DNA from: Octopus sinensis
Lineage: Eukaryota
DNA: 64,000 bases
Direction of reading: 5' to 3'
Assembly (NCBI RefSeq): GCF_006345805.1
Contig: NC_043002.1
Span: 22,320,001-22,384,000, forward strand
The notes below the pieces were generated by a model, which ran no database searches, had not been told where the DNA came from, and worked only from the letters and a program-made list of their open reading frames with translations. This document shows, piece after piece, positions 42,024 through 55,984 of this stretch (the first letter of the stretch is position 1; each line of letters opens with the position of its first letter). A program made the position numbers and the translations under genes.

Positions 42024-43066
42024 TGCTAGAATGGAACTTATATATCAATTCAATCTATACTCTTACAAACGCTACACCTTTAAAAAGAAATGGACTTGTT
42101 TGATTGGCCCTTTAGAAAAAACGGTCAATCTTCGAGCGATAAACAAAAAGGTCAAAAATATATGTATATATATATATAAAAAAACTTATAAAAATTATAA
42201 AATCCGAGGAAAAAACCGAGGGAAAAAACCTATTGCCGTTAATGAAGACAGTGCAAATTAATGCATAGAAATTAAACCTGTTATAAATACTGCAATACAT
42301 ATTTATATTAAAATCTACATATATATATCAACATACACAAAAGGATGCGCGTAAACGCCATACATACATATACAGACGTATGAACATGAATCTAAATATA
42401 CACATAAAAGCATGTGTACATATATTCACGCAAACCGTCTCGCACGCAAGCTAAAATTCATCTATGTAGCAATTCTCATATACTGAGCAATGAGGGGGAA
42501 CGAAAGAAAGGGAAAGAGAGAAAAAGGAACGAAGGAGGGGTGGGGAAAAAACTTGTAACGATGTTATTGGCATCTATAGAGACCAGTATACATACACAAG
42601 TTTGAATGGATACATATACATACCGTCGTGTATATGTGTGCTTAAGCACAAGCATACTTTCACTTACACATACACAGATACGCATGCTTACAAATACATA
42701 TGCTTTGCTATACACATACTTATATAAACATTCTAATTTTGACAACATTGCTTTTTTTTAAAAAAACATTGCTTTTAAAAAATGGGTGCATTAATAAAGA
42801 TATATACGAAAGACATATAAAATAAAATATAACATCCTATTTTGGGTCATTTATAAATAATCAAGGTAATATAAATAATCAAGGTAATCCTATGCAATAC
42901 AATAACATGAAAACAAAGTTTGTAGGTTTTTCCTAATATATATGTAGAAACATAAGACTTTGCTATACGGATTAAGATCCACGTAGCTTGGAAACAGAAT
43001 CCAAATTCATCGTAGCGCTCAAGAGTCAAAATCAAAATCAAAAATCAAAAATACAAAATATATACT

Positions 43067-44565
43067 CTATCCATATGGTATATTTATATTCGACATTTTA
43101 AATTTAGCCGTGTGCCTACATAAGTTCATTAACTCACTTCTTTGATTCAAAGAATTATTGTCTTTGAATAAGATGTGCATTTTTTCTAATAGGCAAAGTC
43201 TGCACTTGAAATTATATTTGTAAGCTCCATGCCTGTATGGTGCCGCCCTGTCCAGAATGCTCCATGTCACGTTGAAAGGTGGGGCTTCCTTTTCTTTTAG
43301 TTCCCAGACATATTTTGCTAGGCTGGTTTTCTTCCTATTCTCTGGGTATTTAAAAGAATTTTATGAGAATAAAATCTTGTTTTAAATGAATTTTCTGAAG
43401 CCCCTGTGTATGTCTTGTATTCCGATGAGCCTTCCACTTGCACCTTGGCTCTATAAACTACTCCTTTCACTAGACATTTCCCTTCTAAAGGACAGGAGCT
43501 TTCGTTTTTGAAATTACATTTCTTAATGGGCTCGGCACCATGTCTAATCTCAATTAGCTTCCTATTATGTTGGCTAATGTAAGAGGCGAAATTTCTGCAA
43601 CAAGAATAGCTAACCTTCAGGGTTCTTCTATTAAATATTCTGTAGAATTTATGACCCTGCTTAAAATGCTTAGAGACTAATCTCAAAAATTCCTTACCTA
43701 TATTAGTCTTTACGGTCAAATTGAAAGCCGGTTGAACCACAAACTTTCCTGGTCCTAGTTCTTCGTGCAGCATTATTATTAGCATTAAGCTGGTTGAACT
43801 GGATCTTCTCCGAGAATCCACTATTCTTTAATGCGCTATCGTAATAAGGTGCAGCGTTATGGAATGCTGCCTCGTCCGAAGAAATTGAAGATATTCTTCT
43901 ACCTACATTGCTGACTAAGTTGCTAAGGATAACTGGTGGATGGTTCGAATCTTTGCTAATATACAACAGCTTTTCATTGGGCTTACGGAAAGGTTTAAAT
44001 CTATCCGATCTTACATTAAAATTTACGTCTAAAAAATCTATACTATTCAGGTTAGCATCTATCGTAATCCGTAAGCCCATCCTTTGAAAGAAAGCTATAA
44101 GGTCCTTCCTAAGTCTATCTGATTCATGGCCGTTTAGATTATGCGTGGCTATAAGGCCGTCATCCCTATATAAACCTGCATCTATAAATGGGAATTCTAT
44201 TTTTAGATTATGGAGAATAAAGGCTCCTATGAGCATACATAATTCAGCCCCGTCGTATGCCCCCATCGGTATATCGAAAAGAGAATCCTCAGTCTTCTTA
44301 ATCCAGGTGGAATCCTCGAAAAAAGAAGCGATTTCCTCGCATGCATAATAATTTCAATTTCCGAGCTATCGATGTTGACATACTGCTTGGCGAAGTCCAA
44401 TGCCCTTAGGAGCAACGTCCTAGATATTGACGGGTAAAAGTCAATAATGTCGAATTGTGTGAAACTACAATTATTCTTATAGCTAATACCTTTAAACCAC
44501 TCTATAACTGACTTACTATTCTTCCAAATTCTCAAGTCTACTTCACTATCTAACTTAACTAATTT
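43067..44565 (-). pseudogene. Frameshifted PLE reverse transcriptase / GIY-YIG endonuclease ORF (N-terminus missing)
   Basis: ORFs 44227-44685, 43703-44266, 43318-43821 and 43067-43270 overlap in different frames and join into one RT-linker-GIY-YIG protein. The first ~40 codons of the 44685 ORF come from the inverted repeat, not from RT. Confidence 0.9.
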
Positions 44566-44749
44566 TTCCTCGGATTTTATAATTTTTATAAGTTTTTTTA
44601 TATATATATACATATATTTTTGACCTTTTTGTTTATCGCTCGAAGATTGACCGTTTTTTCTAAAGGGCCAATCAAACAAGTCCATTTCTTTTTAAGGTGT
44701 AGCGTTTGTAAGAGTATAGATTGAATTGATATATAGTTCCATTCTAGCA

Positions 44750-44796
44750 AAAACTGTCTGATGAACGGCAATGAGAAACTCAGAGTAACAGATTTT
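44750..44796 (+). ncRNA. Hammerhead ribozyme copy in the inverted 5' repeat of the PLE
   Basis: aaaactgt-CTGATGA-acggcaatga-GAAAC-tcaga-GTA-acagatttt; same as the 41977-42023 copy except one C>T in stem II. Confidence 0.78.
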
Positions 44797-44823
44797 GTTG
44801 AATTTTCTGCTGCTTAAAATAAA

Positions 44824-44880
<57 letters not shown>

Positions 44881-45099
44881 TTTGTGTCGTTGTGTTTGTA
44901 CCCTGACCATTCGCTTATTGATGTATTTACGTCTCTGTAATCTGGCAGTTCAACAAAAGAGACCGATAGAATAAGTACCAGGCTTACAAGGAACAAATCC
45001 TTGGGTCGATTTCTTCGTCTAAAAACAAATATTTAAGGCTGAGCTTCAGCATGGCCACAGTCAAATGACTGAAACAAGTGAAAGAGTCTAGGTACGTAG

Positions 45100-45553
45100 C
45101 AACACAATATCGTTCGGATTGTTATCGCCACATCCACCACCACCATTACAACATCGCACCTGACCACCACAACGACTACCATCACTATTACTACCACCAT
45201 CACTATTTCAATCACCATCATCACTACCACTACTGCCACCACCACTATTACTGATACCAATACCACAGACACCACCGCCATTACAACATCGCACCTGACC
45301 ACCACAACGACTACCATCACTATTACTACCACCATCACTATTTCAATCACCATCATCACTACCACTACTGCCACCACCATCACCACCATCACCACCATCA
45401 CCACCACCACCGCTGCCATTATAACAACAACAGCAACAGCAACAGTAATTACACTTAACAATAAGTTAAGGTAAAGTAAAACAGTTAATTGGGAACAATT
45501 ACTTTGTTGTGGTTGGCATCGTTTCATGGTGGTGTAGGGGGTGGGTGTTGTTG

Positions 45554-45585
<32 letters not shown>

Positions 45586-46007
45586 GGTGATGGCGGCAAT
45601 GTTGCCGGTGGTATTGTTGCTCTTGGTGGTAGTGTTGGTAGTGGTCACAGCGGTGCTGATGGTGGTGGCAGCGGTGGTGGTGGTGGTAGCGGTGGTGATG
45701 GTCGTAGTGTTGGTGGTGCTGGTGATGGTGGTGGTATCGGTGTTGGTGATGGTGGTATCGGTGGTGGTGGGGGTGGCAGTAGTGGTCATGGCGGCTGTGG
45801 TGGCAGTGGTGATGTTGTTCCTTATGGTGGTGGTGATGGTGGTGGCAGAGGTATCAGTAGTGCTGTTGTTCAAGGCGGCAGTTGACGGTGGTGCTGGCGG
45901 CATAATATTGTTGGCGACACCGTAGTTTTGGTGGCACAGTAGTGTTGGTGGCGGCAACGGCAGCGGTGCTGGTGGTGGTAGCAGTGATGATGATGGTGGT
46001 AGTGATG

Positions 46008-46065
<58 letters not shown>

Positions 46066-46170
46066 CAGCAATAGTAGTGGTGGTGGTGGTGGTGGTGAAG
46101 TTGTCATTATTGTTGCGGCACAGTGGTGGTGGTAGCGGCGACGGTGAGGATGAAGGTAGTAGCTGTGGTG
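45100..46170. repeat. Composite trinucleotide low-complexity block with an internal 135-bp duplication
   Basis: attacaacatcgcacctgacc at 45145 and 45280; CAC-rich, then GGT-rich and (AGT)n. Confidence 0.9.
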
Positions 46171-47093
46171 TTGTTGCTGGCCTTTTTATAGAAAGGGTGC
46201 TAGTCGATTACATCGACCCCAGTACTTAACGAGTGCTTTAGTTTATCGACCCTGAAAGGATAGAAAGAAAATTTAACCCTAGCTGGATTTGAACTCGGAG
46301 CGTAAAGACACGGTAAAAATCCAGCAAAGTATTTCTTCTGACTCAAACATTCTACCAGCCCCTTTCGCTAAATAGTCTTTTCTACTATAGGTAATTTGAA
46401 CTCGGAACGTGAAAACGGATAAAATGCCGCTAAGCATTTGAACCGGCATACAAATACCGCCTTCTACTTCCCTATATACTAATATGCATAAAACTCATTT
46501 TTGATTCGCATAAGCTCCGTAATTTTGAGTGAAGACGGTTACTCCATAACTCGACCTCAGTACTTCAGTGATATTTTACTTTATCGACCCCGAACGATAT
46601 GATGAGCTGCAATGTTGACCTCAGCGGATTCGAACTCAGACTGCAAAGAGCCGGAAGAAATACTGCGAATTATTTTCCCGACCATGTAACGATTCTGTCA
46701 GCTCTCTGCCTTATAAATAACAACATAATAATGATGATATACACTTGCTATCTCGTCCTCTGTCATATAATTGGTTATAAAATGATGAATAATAGCGGAA
46801 TATTTATACTGCTACATAATTAATTACTGTTAATTGCTAGTAAGGCTACAGTATTTCGTTTTGCAAGTCAATATTATGTCTTACTTTTTCGTTAGCAGTG
46901 CGACGTTTTTAGTTTAAAGATTATCTCTATGTACTTTACTCATGCAGTAAAGAATGAGATCATTAACTGATTTCCAAGTTTAACTCTATAGATTTTCCAT
47001 AAAATTCAGAGCCACCACCATAAGTAACGTTGTTTTGTATACGAATACATATATGAAAACAATGCGATTGAAAATAGAAAAAGTAGGAATGTG

Positions 47094-47136
47094 TATATAC
47101 AGATTTCAAGAGTTATTTCTCCTTCATCAGCACTAC
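47094..47136 (-). ncRNA. Decayed hammerhead-like motif
   Basis: Minus strand gtg-CTGATGA-aggag-aaataa-ctctt-GAAAT-ct-GTA-tat; stem II pairs, stem I only by wobble. Confidence 0.4.
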
Positions 47137-47707
47137 TTCCAACCCATCAGCTATCCTCGTACGCGTTGCTTAAATATCCACTAATTAAAGATCTCATCCT
47201 TTACTTTGAAAGTAGGGTGCATGGTCGCATGTAAACGAGAGTTTGGTATCAACAAGAGCTAGGGTTTTGCTAAATGCTTTAGGCGCACATATAGTCGCAG
47301 GCAGACACAAATGTTCTTCCTATCCTCCCACCTTTGACCTCGCAAGACCAATACCGGATTAAGACCCATAGAGGCCCTGAAACGAAACTAACAAGTAAAA
47401 TGGAAAACGATGTTTTTTTATAGTTCCACTTTATTTTATTTGAAAATTTTCCTACTTATTTTAATTGCAAATCTCATTATGACACTACAAACACTTCGAA
47501 ATTATGTTTCCAATCATATAAACCACTTCGAATATTATTTTACCAAGTTTATGATCATTTCTTTCGTGTCGTATATCATCTATCATTTCTGTGGTGCCGC
47601 ATCCCCTGATGCCCTAAGCACATAGTTATTTTGCTTGATGGTTTATCCAGCGCTGCACAAGACTTGGAATTTGTTGGGAGAACGTTAGTCGATTTCACCG
47701 CCGTTAA

Positions 47708-47925
47708 CCCTTTTGTTACCATATTTCTATTGAGATGCTCTATGTTTCTTTCAATTAATTTTAAATATAACAAAGAATTTAGTAAAATAACTTAGTTATC
47801 ATTAAGCTTGTGTTAGGAACATAAATTGTGACTAAGGTTTGGTTGAAGACTTTAAAAGATTTTGAAAACAAGACATTTGTATCACAGAGCCAGAGGCGCT
47901 TTCAGCTGGGTTCCTGTTAAAAGAG
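47708..47925. mobile_element. piggyBac-like MITE with TTAA target duplication
   Basis: TTAA-cccttttgttac ... ctgttaaaagag-TTAA; imperfect TIRs. Confidence 0.65.
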
Positions 47926-48758
47926 TTAATACTTTACTGACACATTAATCTATCGACACTGAAAGGATGATGACCAAAGCTGCCCTCGGTGCGATTCGAA
48001 ATCTGATTGCTGAGAGCTGGAACAAATATTGCAGTGCATTCTATTTATTGAGTGATTATTTCTAACATATGCACAAGGCCTGAAAATTTGTGAGAAGGGC
48101 GTTATTTAATCACATCGATCTTAGTACTTTATTGATACTTCATTTTATTGATCTCGAAATGATGAAAATCAGAGCCGACGTCGACAGGACTCAGCACTTT
48201 TTAAGTTTAAAATTTGACCCAGAGCTTAAAACGACGCAACAAATACTGCAACGTATTTTGTCCGGCCCTCTAACCATTCGAACAATTCACAACTCTCATC
48301 TGCTGTTGAATAATGCTTTCAAATTTTGGCACAAGGCCAGCAATTCTGAAAGGAGAGAAACAACGAATTACATTATTCCCAGTACTTGACTGATACTTTA
48401 TTTTATCGAGCTTTGAAGAGATGAAAGTCAAGTCGACTTTGGCGATATTTGAACTCCGAACACAAAGAGCCGGGACTTTTTATAGATTTTTGCCCTATAC
48501 ACCAACGACTCGTCCAGTTTGACGTCTTAACTGCTGCTGAATTAGAATTTACCATAGGCACAAGACCCCAGTGCTTAACCGGTACTTATTTCATCGACCT
48601 CCGAAAGGAGGAAAGGCAAAATCGATTTCGGAGGAATTTGAACTCAGAACGTAAAGACGGACGAAATGCCGCTAAGCATTTTACCCGGTGTGCTAAAGAT
48701 TCTGCCAGCTCACCTCCTTAATAATAACAATAGTAATAGTTATAACAACAACAATAAC

Positions 48759-48802
<44 letters not shown>

Positions 48803-48818
48803 TGATGATATTCCTTCT

Positions 48819-49204
48819 GCAGGAGCAGCTGTGTGGTAAGTATTTTGTTTACCAACCAAATTGTTCCGGGTTCAGTCCCACTGCGTGACACCTTGGGCAA
48901 GTGTCTTCTACTATAGCCTCGGGCCGACCAAAGCTTTGTGAGTGGATTTGGTAGACGGAAACTGAAAGAAGCCCGTCTTATATATCTATATACGTATGTA
49001 TATGTGTGTTTTTTGTTTGTCCCCCCAACATCGCTTGACAACCGATGCTGGTGTGTTTACGTCCTCGTAACTTAGCGGTTCGGCAAAAGAGACCAATAGA
49101 ATAAGTACTGGGCTTACAAAGAATAAGTCCTGGGGTCGATTTGCTCGACTAAAAGTGGTGCTCCAGCATGGCCAAAGTCAAATGACTGAAACAAGTAAAA
49201 GAGT
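48819..49204 (+). mobile_element. Full-length CORE-type tRNA SINE (octopus OR1/OR2-like)
   Basis: A/B-box head ggagcagctgtgtggtaag...gggttcagtcccactgcg, CORE-like gacaccttgggcaagtgtcttc, internal (TA/TG)n, tail ending aatgactgaaacaagtaaaagagt. Confidence 0.85.
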
Positions 49205-51136
49205 ACTGAAAGCACAAGGCCTTGAAATTTTGGTGGAATGGGACTAGTCGATTACATCGACCCCAGTATTTCACTGGTGCTTAATTTATCGACCCCGAAG
49301 GGCAAAGTCGACCATGGAGGAATTTGAGTTCAGACCGTAAAGACGGACGAAATGCCGCTAAGCATTTTGCCTGGTGTGTTAACGATTCGATCAGCTCTTT
49401 GCCTTAACTGCTGTTGAACAATAATGGGTTATTTACACTACTAAATAATTTATTAATTATCACATCCTTCATTCTGATAAAACGTAATTGTACTACATAA
49501 TTAACGTTAATGAGTTACACTTCCTCTCACATTCTTTATTATCTGCATTTAATTGGGGCCATGGATTAGTAGAATTGCTAGAGAGTCGTATAAACTGTGT
49601 TACAGTATTTGCTCCAGCTAGATTTTTTTCTATGTTCGAATGCATTCCAAGTAAAGCTTGCCTTTTATACTTCCGGACTCGATAAAAATAAACCAGACGT
49701 CACCTAAATTGTGATCGTCTAAAATTTCCGACCTCGTGCCGATGTGTATGACACTATTATTTACGATTTAATCGTTTAGCCATGAATTACTTTTTACGTC
49801 GTAACAATTTAGAAACTTTGAGAGAACGTGAAACCATTCGATTTTAATAGTGAATCTCGAAGTAAATAAAGCTTTAAATAATAGCATGTAAATATTGGGT
49901 TAAAATTCCCTTTGCAGAGATAAATCGAAGGTGAAACGCCTGTCAAGTTTACAGCAGCTGCGGGTTCGCGTCCTACGAGCAGCCTTTGACATTTTCTATT
50001 CAGTGTTTTTATTTTTATTTTTTAACTCAGTATTTACACGCTAATATTTATGTTACAGTCTGTGTACCATTTAGAAATGTCACAAATAAATCATTTGTAA
50101 TTTTTCTTTGCACTTTCCAGTAAATGTGAAGTCAGGTCGGATGTAAGGGATTGGGGTGTCTTCGTCATTCCGCTTAAGTAACTGTATTGGGTTTGTGTGT
50201 TGACACAAGTTAAATGTAGCCTCGTACAAACTATTACTTGGTCGGATTATTGGTGGATAAAACTATCTACCACCAGGTTTGCCTGATGAGCAGGGTTTCT
50301 CGAAAGAATGGATGAACCCCATAGATGATCAACGACTAACTAACAATTGGGCAGGGTATTAGTAATTATACGTTAGTGTCCAGTGTGATGTAAGGTTACT
50401 AAGAGAAACAAGGGGGAGAAAGAGGCACCCTTAGCTCTTGTTAAAGCATGTTTCTGTATCCAAAGCTACACTTTCGGTATAACTGGGCAGATGATCTCGG
50501 ACTGACAGTCTTGGAAGGTAGCCAGACTAAGAGGGCAGCTCTGAGCATAAACCCTCGCTGTTTGTGAGTGCCTACTAAAAAGTGAAAGCTACGGTAGACA
50601 ACTCCCTAGCTAGCAAATCGGGTCGGAAGTGTACAGGGAGCCCACTAACTCTGCTCATCTTCAAGAGAGCATGGAGAAACAACAAATGGGTTGTGGCGCT
50701 TTGGAAAATCTAATCTATAATACAATATGTCACAAAATTGCAGATTGGTACACACTTTCCACACTGGGTTAGCTACTGAGTTTTAAAGTACTACTGGTTG
50801 TACTGACGTTAATGAATGTTGTTGTCGGTCAGTCTTAACAGAGAAGAACTAATAGCCAGAGGCTTCCCAGCTGTCCCTCTTTGTACGTTAAGGTCTACTA
50901 CATTATACAGTTTCCCTTCGGTATATGATTTGAAAGGAATGTAGCGTCTCAATAAGCTGATATGTGTAATGGGGGTGGGGGCATCGTTGTCGCCGTTGTT
51001 TTGATCGAAGTCACCCTCGATTCAACATACCTAAGATCAAAGAGGTTTCAACCGTGACTATCGCTCTTATTTTTTTAAAAATTATTTTCCGGACATAATA
51101 TAACTAGAATTACACTATCCAGTAAAAACTCCAGCT

Positions 51137-51560
51137 AAGGTGGCGAGCGGGCAGAATTGTCGGCACGCTTGGCAAAATGGTTAGGGGCATTTCGTTTGTC
51201 TTTACGTTCTGAGTTCAAATTTCGCCTAGGTAGACTTTGCCTTTTATCTTTTCGGAGTCGATAAATTAAGTACCAGTTACGCACTGTGGTCGATCTAATC
51301 GTCTTAATCCCCTTGTTTGTCCTCTCTATGTTTAGCCCCTTGTGGGCAATAAAGAAATAAGAATTTTCGGCATGCCTGGCAAAATGCTTTGCGGCATTTT
51401 GTTTATCTTTACGTTCTGAGTTCAAATTTCGCCTAGGTAGACTTTGCCATTTACCTTTTCGAGGTCGATGAACTAAATACCAGTCGAGTACTGGAGTCGA
51501 TGTAATTAACTTACACCTTCCCCCAAAATTGCAGGCATTGTGCCAAAATTTGAAACCAAT
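51137..51560 (+). mobile_element. Dimeric copy of the same SINE family
   Basis: Head plus two modules, both carrying the private variant tttcgcctaggtagactttgcc, then the tail gtgccaaaatttgaaacca. Confidence 0.8.
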
Positions 51561-53259
51561 GCATATTCTCAGTGTGATTTGGTTACCATTTCTTGAGTAT
51601 CAATAATCCAGTTCACATTAATTAAGGAAGGAAGGGTGTTGTTTATGTTATTGTTAAATAGAAGGGTTGTTGTTGATTTTGTTGTTGTTGTTGTTGTTGG
51701 GGGTGGAGGGGTGGTGTTGTTAACCTTGCTGTTCCTGTTATTTTCGTGACGGTTACTGGTGCTCCTCTTAATGTTGTTGCTATTGTTGCTGCTGCTGTTG
51801 TTATTGTTGTTGTTGTTGTTAGTACAATTACTGCTCCTGCTATTGCTGTTCTTATGGCTGTTGCTGTCATTATTGCTGTTGTTGTTACTGCTGTTGCTGT
51901 TGTTGTTTAGGCTGCTGTTATAGTAGTAGTAGTAGTAGTAGTAGTAGTAGCAGCAGTAGTAGTAGTAGTAGTAGTTTTTCTAAAATTGCTGTGATTAACT
52001 TGGTTGATTTATTCGTCAAATTGATGTTTTCTTTCATTTGCTGTCATTGTTTCTGTTATTGTTGTTGTTCATGATGAAACACTTCCTCTCGTGGTGGTTG
52101 TTGCTGCTAACTCTGTTCTTATTTATTCCTTTACTTATCGTTTCCTTCCTGGTGTTTTTGTTGCTATTGTCATTTTGTTAATTTTCTGGTTTTTCCTGTT
52201 TTTTTTTTTTTTCATAGAATTTGTTGTTATTGCTAATGTTGTTGTTTCGAATCTTGGAAATGTTGCTGCTATTATTCTTATTGTTTATTCCTTCATCTTA
52301 TATTTTGGTTTTGTGGTGCTTTTGGTTGCTACTGTTTTTTGTTTTTTTGTTAACTTCAGGTGTTTTTTTTTTACTATTATTTTGCTTCGTGCAAGATTTG
52401 GCCGTTGTTGTTATTGTTGTTGTTGTTGATACAGAATAACTATTACACTTGTTGAAGTCCCAAACGTTATACAATTTAATCTCTGACTCTTTTAGTCGCT
52501 TTCGCTCTCACCTACTTTCTCTCCCTTTCTCTAAAAGAATCTCTCTCTTTTTTCTCTCTCTCTCTCTCTTTCTTTCTCTCTTTCCCTTTCTCTGTTTTCA
52601 AATAGTTTTTGCGTTTTTTTTTCAGTTATACATTTATACTTCCTGACACTGTTGTTACTTTTGTTGTTGTTGTTGTAGTTGATTATGTTACTAGTGGTGA
52701 CTGTGGTGATTGTAGTGGTGGTGGTGGTGGTGGTCATGGTGGGGAAGGGGGCGCTTGTGGTGCTGTTAGTGGTGGTGGTAGTAGTGGTGATCGTGTTGGT
52801 TGTAGTGCTGGTGTTGGGGATAGGGGTGCTTGTGGTGGTATTGGTTATTGTGGTGGTATAGTGGTAGCGGTGGTGGTGGTGTTAGTGGTAGCAATAGTGC
52901 TACTACCAACACCATCATTGGTATTGGTAGTGCTGCTGGCGTTGGTGGTAGTGGGGAGGTGATGGTGGGGAAGTAGTGGTTGGGAGATGGTGGTAGTAGT
53001 AGTGTTGGCGGTGGCATTGGTGGTGCTGGCGTTGTTGTTGCTGTTGTTATTTTCTACTTATTTGTTGCCACTAATTTCCACTGTTTGGTATATCTACAGC
53101 GAACCAATCCATTATACTTAAACGTTTCCACGGAGAAAATTGCTTGCCGAGGTATCTGTGCGTCTGTACATGTGCATGCATACACGTGCTCACACACACA
53201 TACATATTTACATACATACATATATACATAATTACATACATATATATGTATGTATATAT

Positions 53260-53555
53260 ATCACGTCTATCACGTGACCGACCAGACCATGAGATGTTGT
53301 TACACATCGCTGGTCACAATGCGTTCGCATGGTTTTTTAGCCTTCGAATGACGCCACCCCGCTGGCTAAGCGAGCAGGCCAACAGAAGAAAGAGTGGGAG
53401 AAAGAGTGGTGAAAGAGTACAGCAGGGATCACCACCCCCTGCCGGAGCTTCGTGGAGCTTTTAGGTGTTTTCGCTAAATAAAGACTCACAACGCCCGGTC
53501 TGGGAATCGAAACCGCGAGTCCGCTGCCCTAACCACTAGGCCATTGCGCCTCCAC
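53260..53555 (-). mobile_element. tRNA SINE with the same head and a third tail type; another shortened copy at 34400-34700(-)
   Basis: Head ggaggcgcaatggcctagtggttagggcagcggactcgcgg; tail ...gcattgtgaccagcgatgtgtaacaacatc. Confidence 0.8.
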
Positions 53556-55984
53556 ATGTATATATATATAATACAAAATGGGACAAGAACGCAAAACATC
53601 CAGACAGTTAGGTGATACAAAAAGTGGCAACAAAACATCCAGATAGACGATACAAAGAATAAACTACTATTCTTCCTGAAAGCTGTTTTTTTAAAATCTT
53701 CTACGGGCTGCACGAAGATTAACTTCCTATATGTGGATCATTGGATCTTAACAGACCAACAAACCAATACTGATTGTCAAGCCAGTGAGGGGACAAGCAC
53801 AAAGACACACATACAAACACAAACACAGACATAATCTCATGCACACACACACACACACAAATACACGCGCACACACGCGCTCACGCACACATACATATGT
53901 TTATATACGGCGGGATTCGACATCGTTTCCAGCTACCAAATTCACTCAAATCAATAGTCCGCCTGGGGCCATAGAAGAAGACACTTACCAAAAATGCCGC
54001 GTAGAGGAACTGAACCCTAGACCACGAGCTTCTTAACCATACAGACATGTCTAAGCCTTTGAACTCACATGTAGTAAACAAGATTGCTTAAATGGTTTCT
54101 TTCTGTAATCACCAACTCGGTGGACGGGCAAGTATTTGATAATTCGTTTTCTTCTCCCCCTCTCTCTCTCTTTCTCTCTCCCTTTCTCTCTCACCCTCCC
54201 TCATCTCTTCTCTTCTTGATACATGCTTACAGTGGTCGATGAGCGAAGACCTCAATGCCAAGGGCTGAATATGTATCAGCGATCTCCCGTTGTCTTCTTC
54301 CGGTTTATTTACTTTACTCTATTAGTACCCAGCTCTCTTCAGCTTATCTTTAAAGTGCCATGCCTTTTTAACCCTCAGGCAGTAGAGGTAACAAGATCAT
54401 ATGACATCAGGACATGTTTCTACATTTGTAGGTTTATGTAATCCAAATCTAAGGACCATCCCTCTTCTGAGTCCTGTATTCCTTAGCCACGTAAGCGTCG
54501 CCTGCTATTATGCCTATAATTGGGACCTAGACGGTTACTGTTACCGCTGATCAGAGAGAACCAGGACATTATGATAACTAAGGAGTAACTCTGTACTCCA
54601 CAAAACCTGAACTCCAGAGCTAGAGTCTCACCAGAGAGCTGCTTCACATGACATCAAAGCATGTCCACACGTTGCGTGACATACATCTAGGAGACAGCTG
54701 GCTTCCAAGACTTAGATACCCTACCCACAGACCCATCATCTGTTAATAAATCCGTAACGGGGTCCTTAATACCAGAGAAAACCCGAGCTTCTGGTGAACG
54801 AATGTAACTCTGTACTCTCTAAAACTCAGGAATCTCTGAGCTGAAACCTCACAACAGGATAGACTTTTATACCATTCCAGGTGCAAGGGATTCCACCATA
54901 CCTGATACCGCTGCCTATATTGGAGAGTATACAATATCTTATATAACATATCAACTCGCATATGAGGTGCAACCGTAGACAGTTCGCATTCTGTTTCTGT
55001 TCAAAAGTTCTTGGTTTCATCCATTGAGCCGTACATAAGATTTTTTCCTAAGATAGCATCTGTTATGGGCTTGCAGTGTTAAAAGCATAAGTTTCAGAAA
55101 GAGATGAAATTACATCCCAGCAGCAACCAATGAGAGCGCCGTATGCATTTCCACCTTTTGCGACCTTTCAAACTACGGCACATACTCGCAGCAAGCTTCA
55201 TACTTGAACGAAAAATCGTCAGTTTTGATATAAGACTGTGGATTGGTAAAGTAATTAGAGCATCAGACAAAATCATTATCTGATATTCTCGCACTAATTA
55301 TATAAGTTTCGAGTTCAAACTCCGCAGAGATCGGTTTTATTTTTCAATTTCGAAATCCGACAAAATAAAGTAACAGAAGTTCTCTGGTAATTATAGAATA
55401 TGCATCTATTACCACAATCAATTTGCGGCCTTGGGCCAAACTTGGAAATTATGTCAAATTTTGGCGCAAGGCCAGCAATTTCGAAGGAGAAGACTAGGCA
55501 GTTACACCAATCCCACTGCTCAATTAATAATTATTTTATCGACCACGAAAAGATAAAAGGCGGAGCGACCTCAGCGGAATTTGAACTCAGAACGTAAAGG
55601 TGTTTAGCATTCTGTCCGGCGTGCTAACAACGAATCAACTTGCTCGCCGCCTTCACAGTTCGAAATTATTTACATGATAGATAGTGGGTCATTAGTAAAA
55701 TAATACAGTAAGGATCTTACATACGTAATAAAAGAAGTTGAAATGCTTCAGTTAATTAATATTATCTAAGCATTTAGTAAATATAAAGACTCCCACGTGT
55801 AGATTAAAACGAAAACACCCATTTAGGAAATTCCTGTTTACGCAGTTCAACGTTGTTTGTTAATTCATCATATTACGCATGTAGAATTCTATTCATGAAT
55901 GTACAAGAGAGTGCTGAAAAGTTCCTGGCTTGGCTAAAGTAAAACATATAGGAGGATAAGTTATGAGTTTGAAATACTAAAGAG

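Larger units (their letters stand above)
41880..44824 (-). mobile_element. Penelope-like retroelement (PLE, probably Neptune-like), 5'-truncated, with an inverted copy of its 3' region at the 5' junction
   Basis: Consecutive minus-strand ORF pieces encode PLE RT motifs (FDIIDFYPSI, MGAYDGAELCMLIG, GLYRDDGL), a Cys-rich linker (C..CPLEGKCL), a GIY-YIG nuclease (GVVYRAKV...YTGASENSFKTRFYSH) and the C-terminal CRLCLLEK...RSELMNLCRH motif. 41949-42214 is the reverse complement of 44563-44824. Both outer ends abut (TA)n. Confidence 0.93.
46200..49410 (-). mobile_element. Cluster of diverged copies of the same SINE family (~46200-46440, 46545-46710, 47940-48040, 48370-48720, 49210-49410)
   Basis: Repeated ttatcgaccccgaaagga...gaatttgaactcagaacgtaaagacggacgaaatgccgctaagcatttt. 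Further copies at ~18790-18958, 19400-19540, 38330-38470, 40645-40860, 55440-55650, 59750-59990 and 63660-63900. Confidence 0.7.

Noticed and set aside
44566-44685. ATG at 44685 as the true PLE start codon
   Set aside because: This segment lies in the inverted copy of the 3' region; RT homology begins only near 44565.
50275-50320. cctgatgagcagggtttctcgaaag hammerhead-like core
   Set aside because: CUGAUGA and GAAA are present, but I could find no stem I/III pairing or NUH site.
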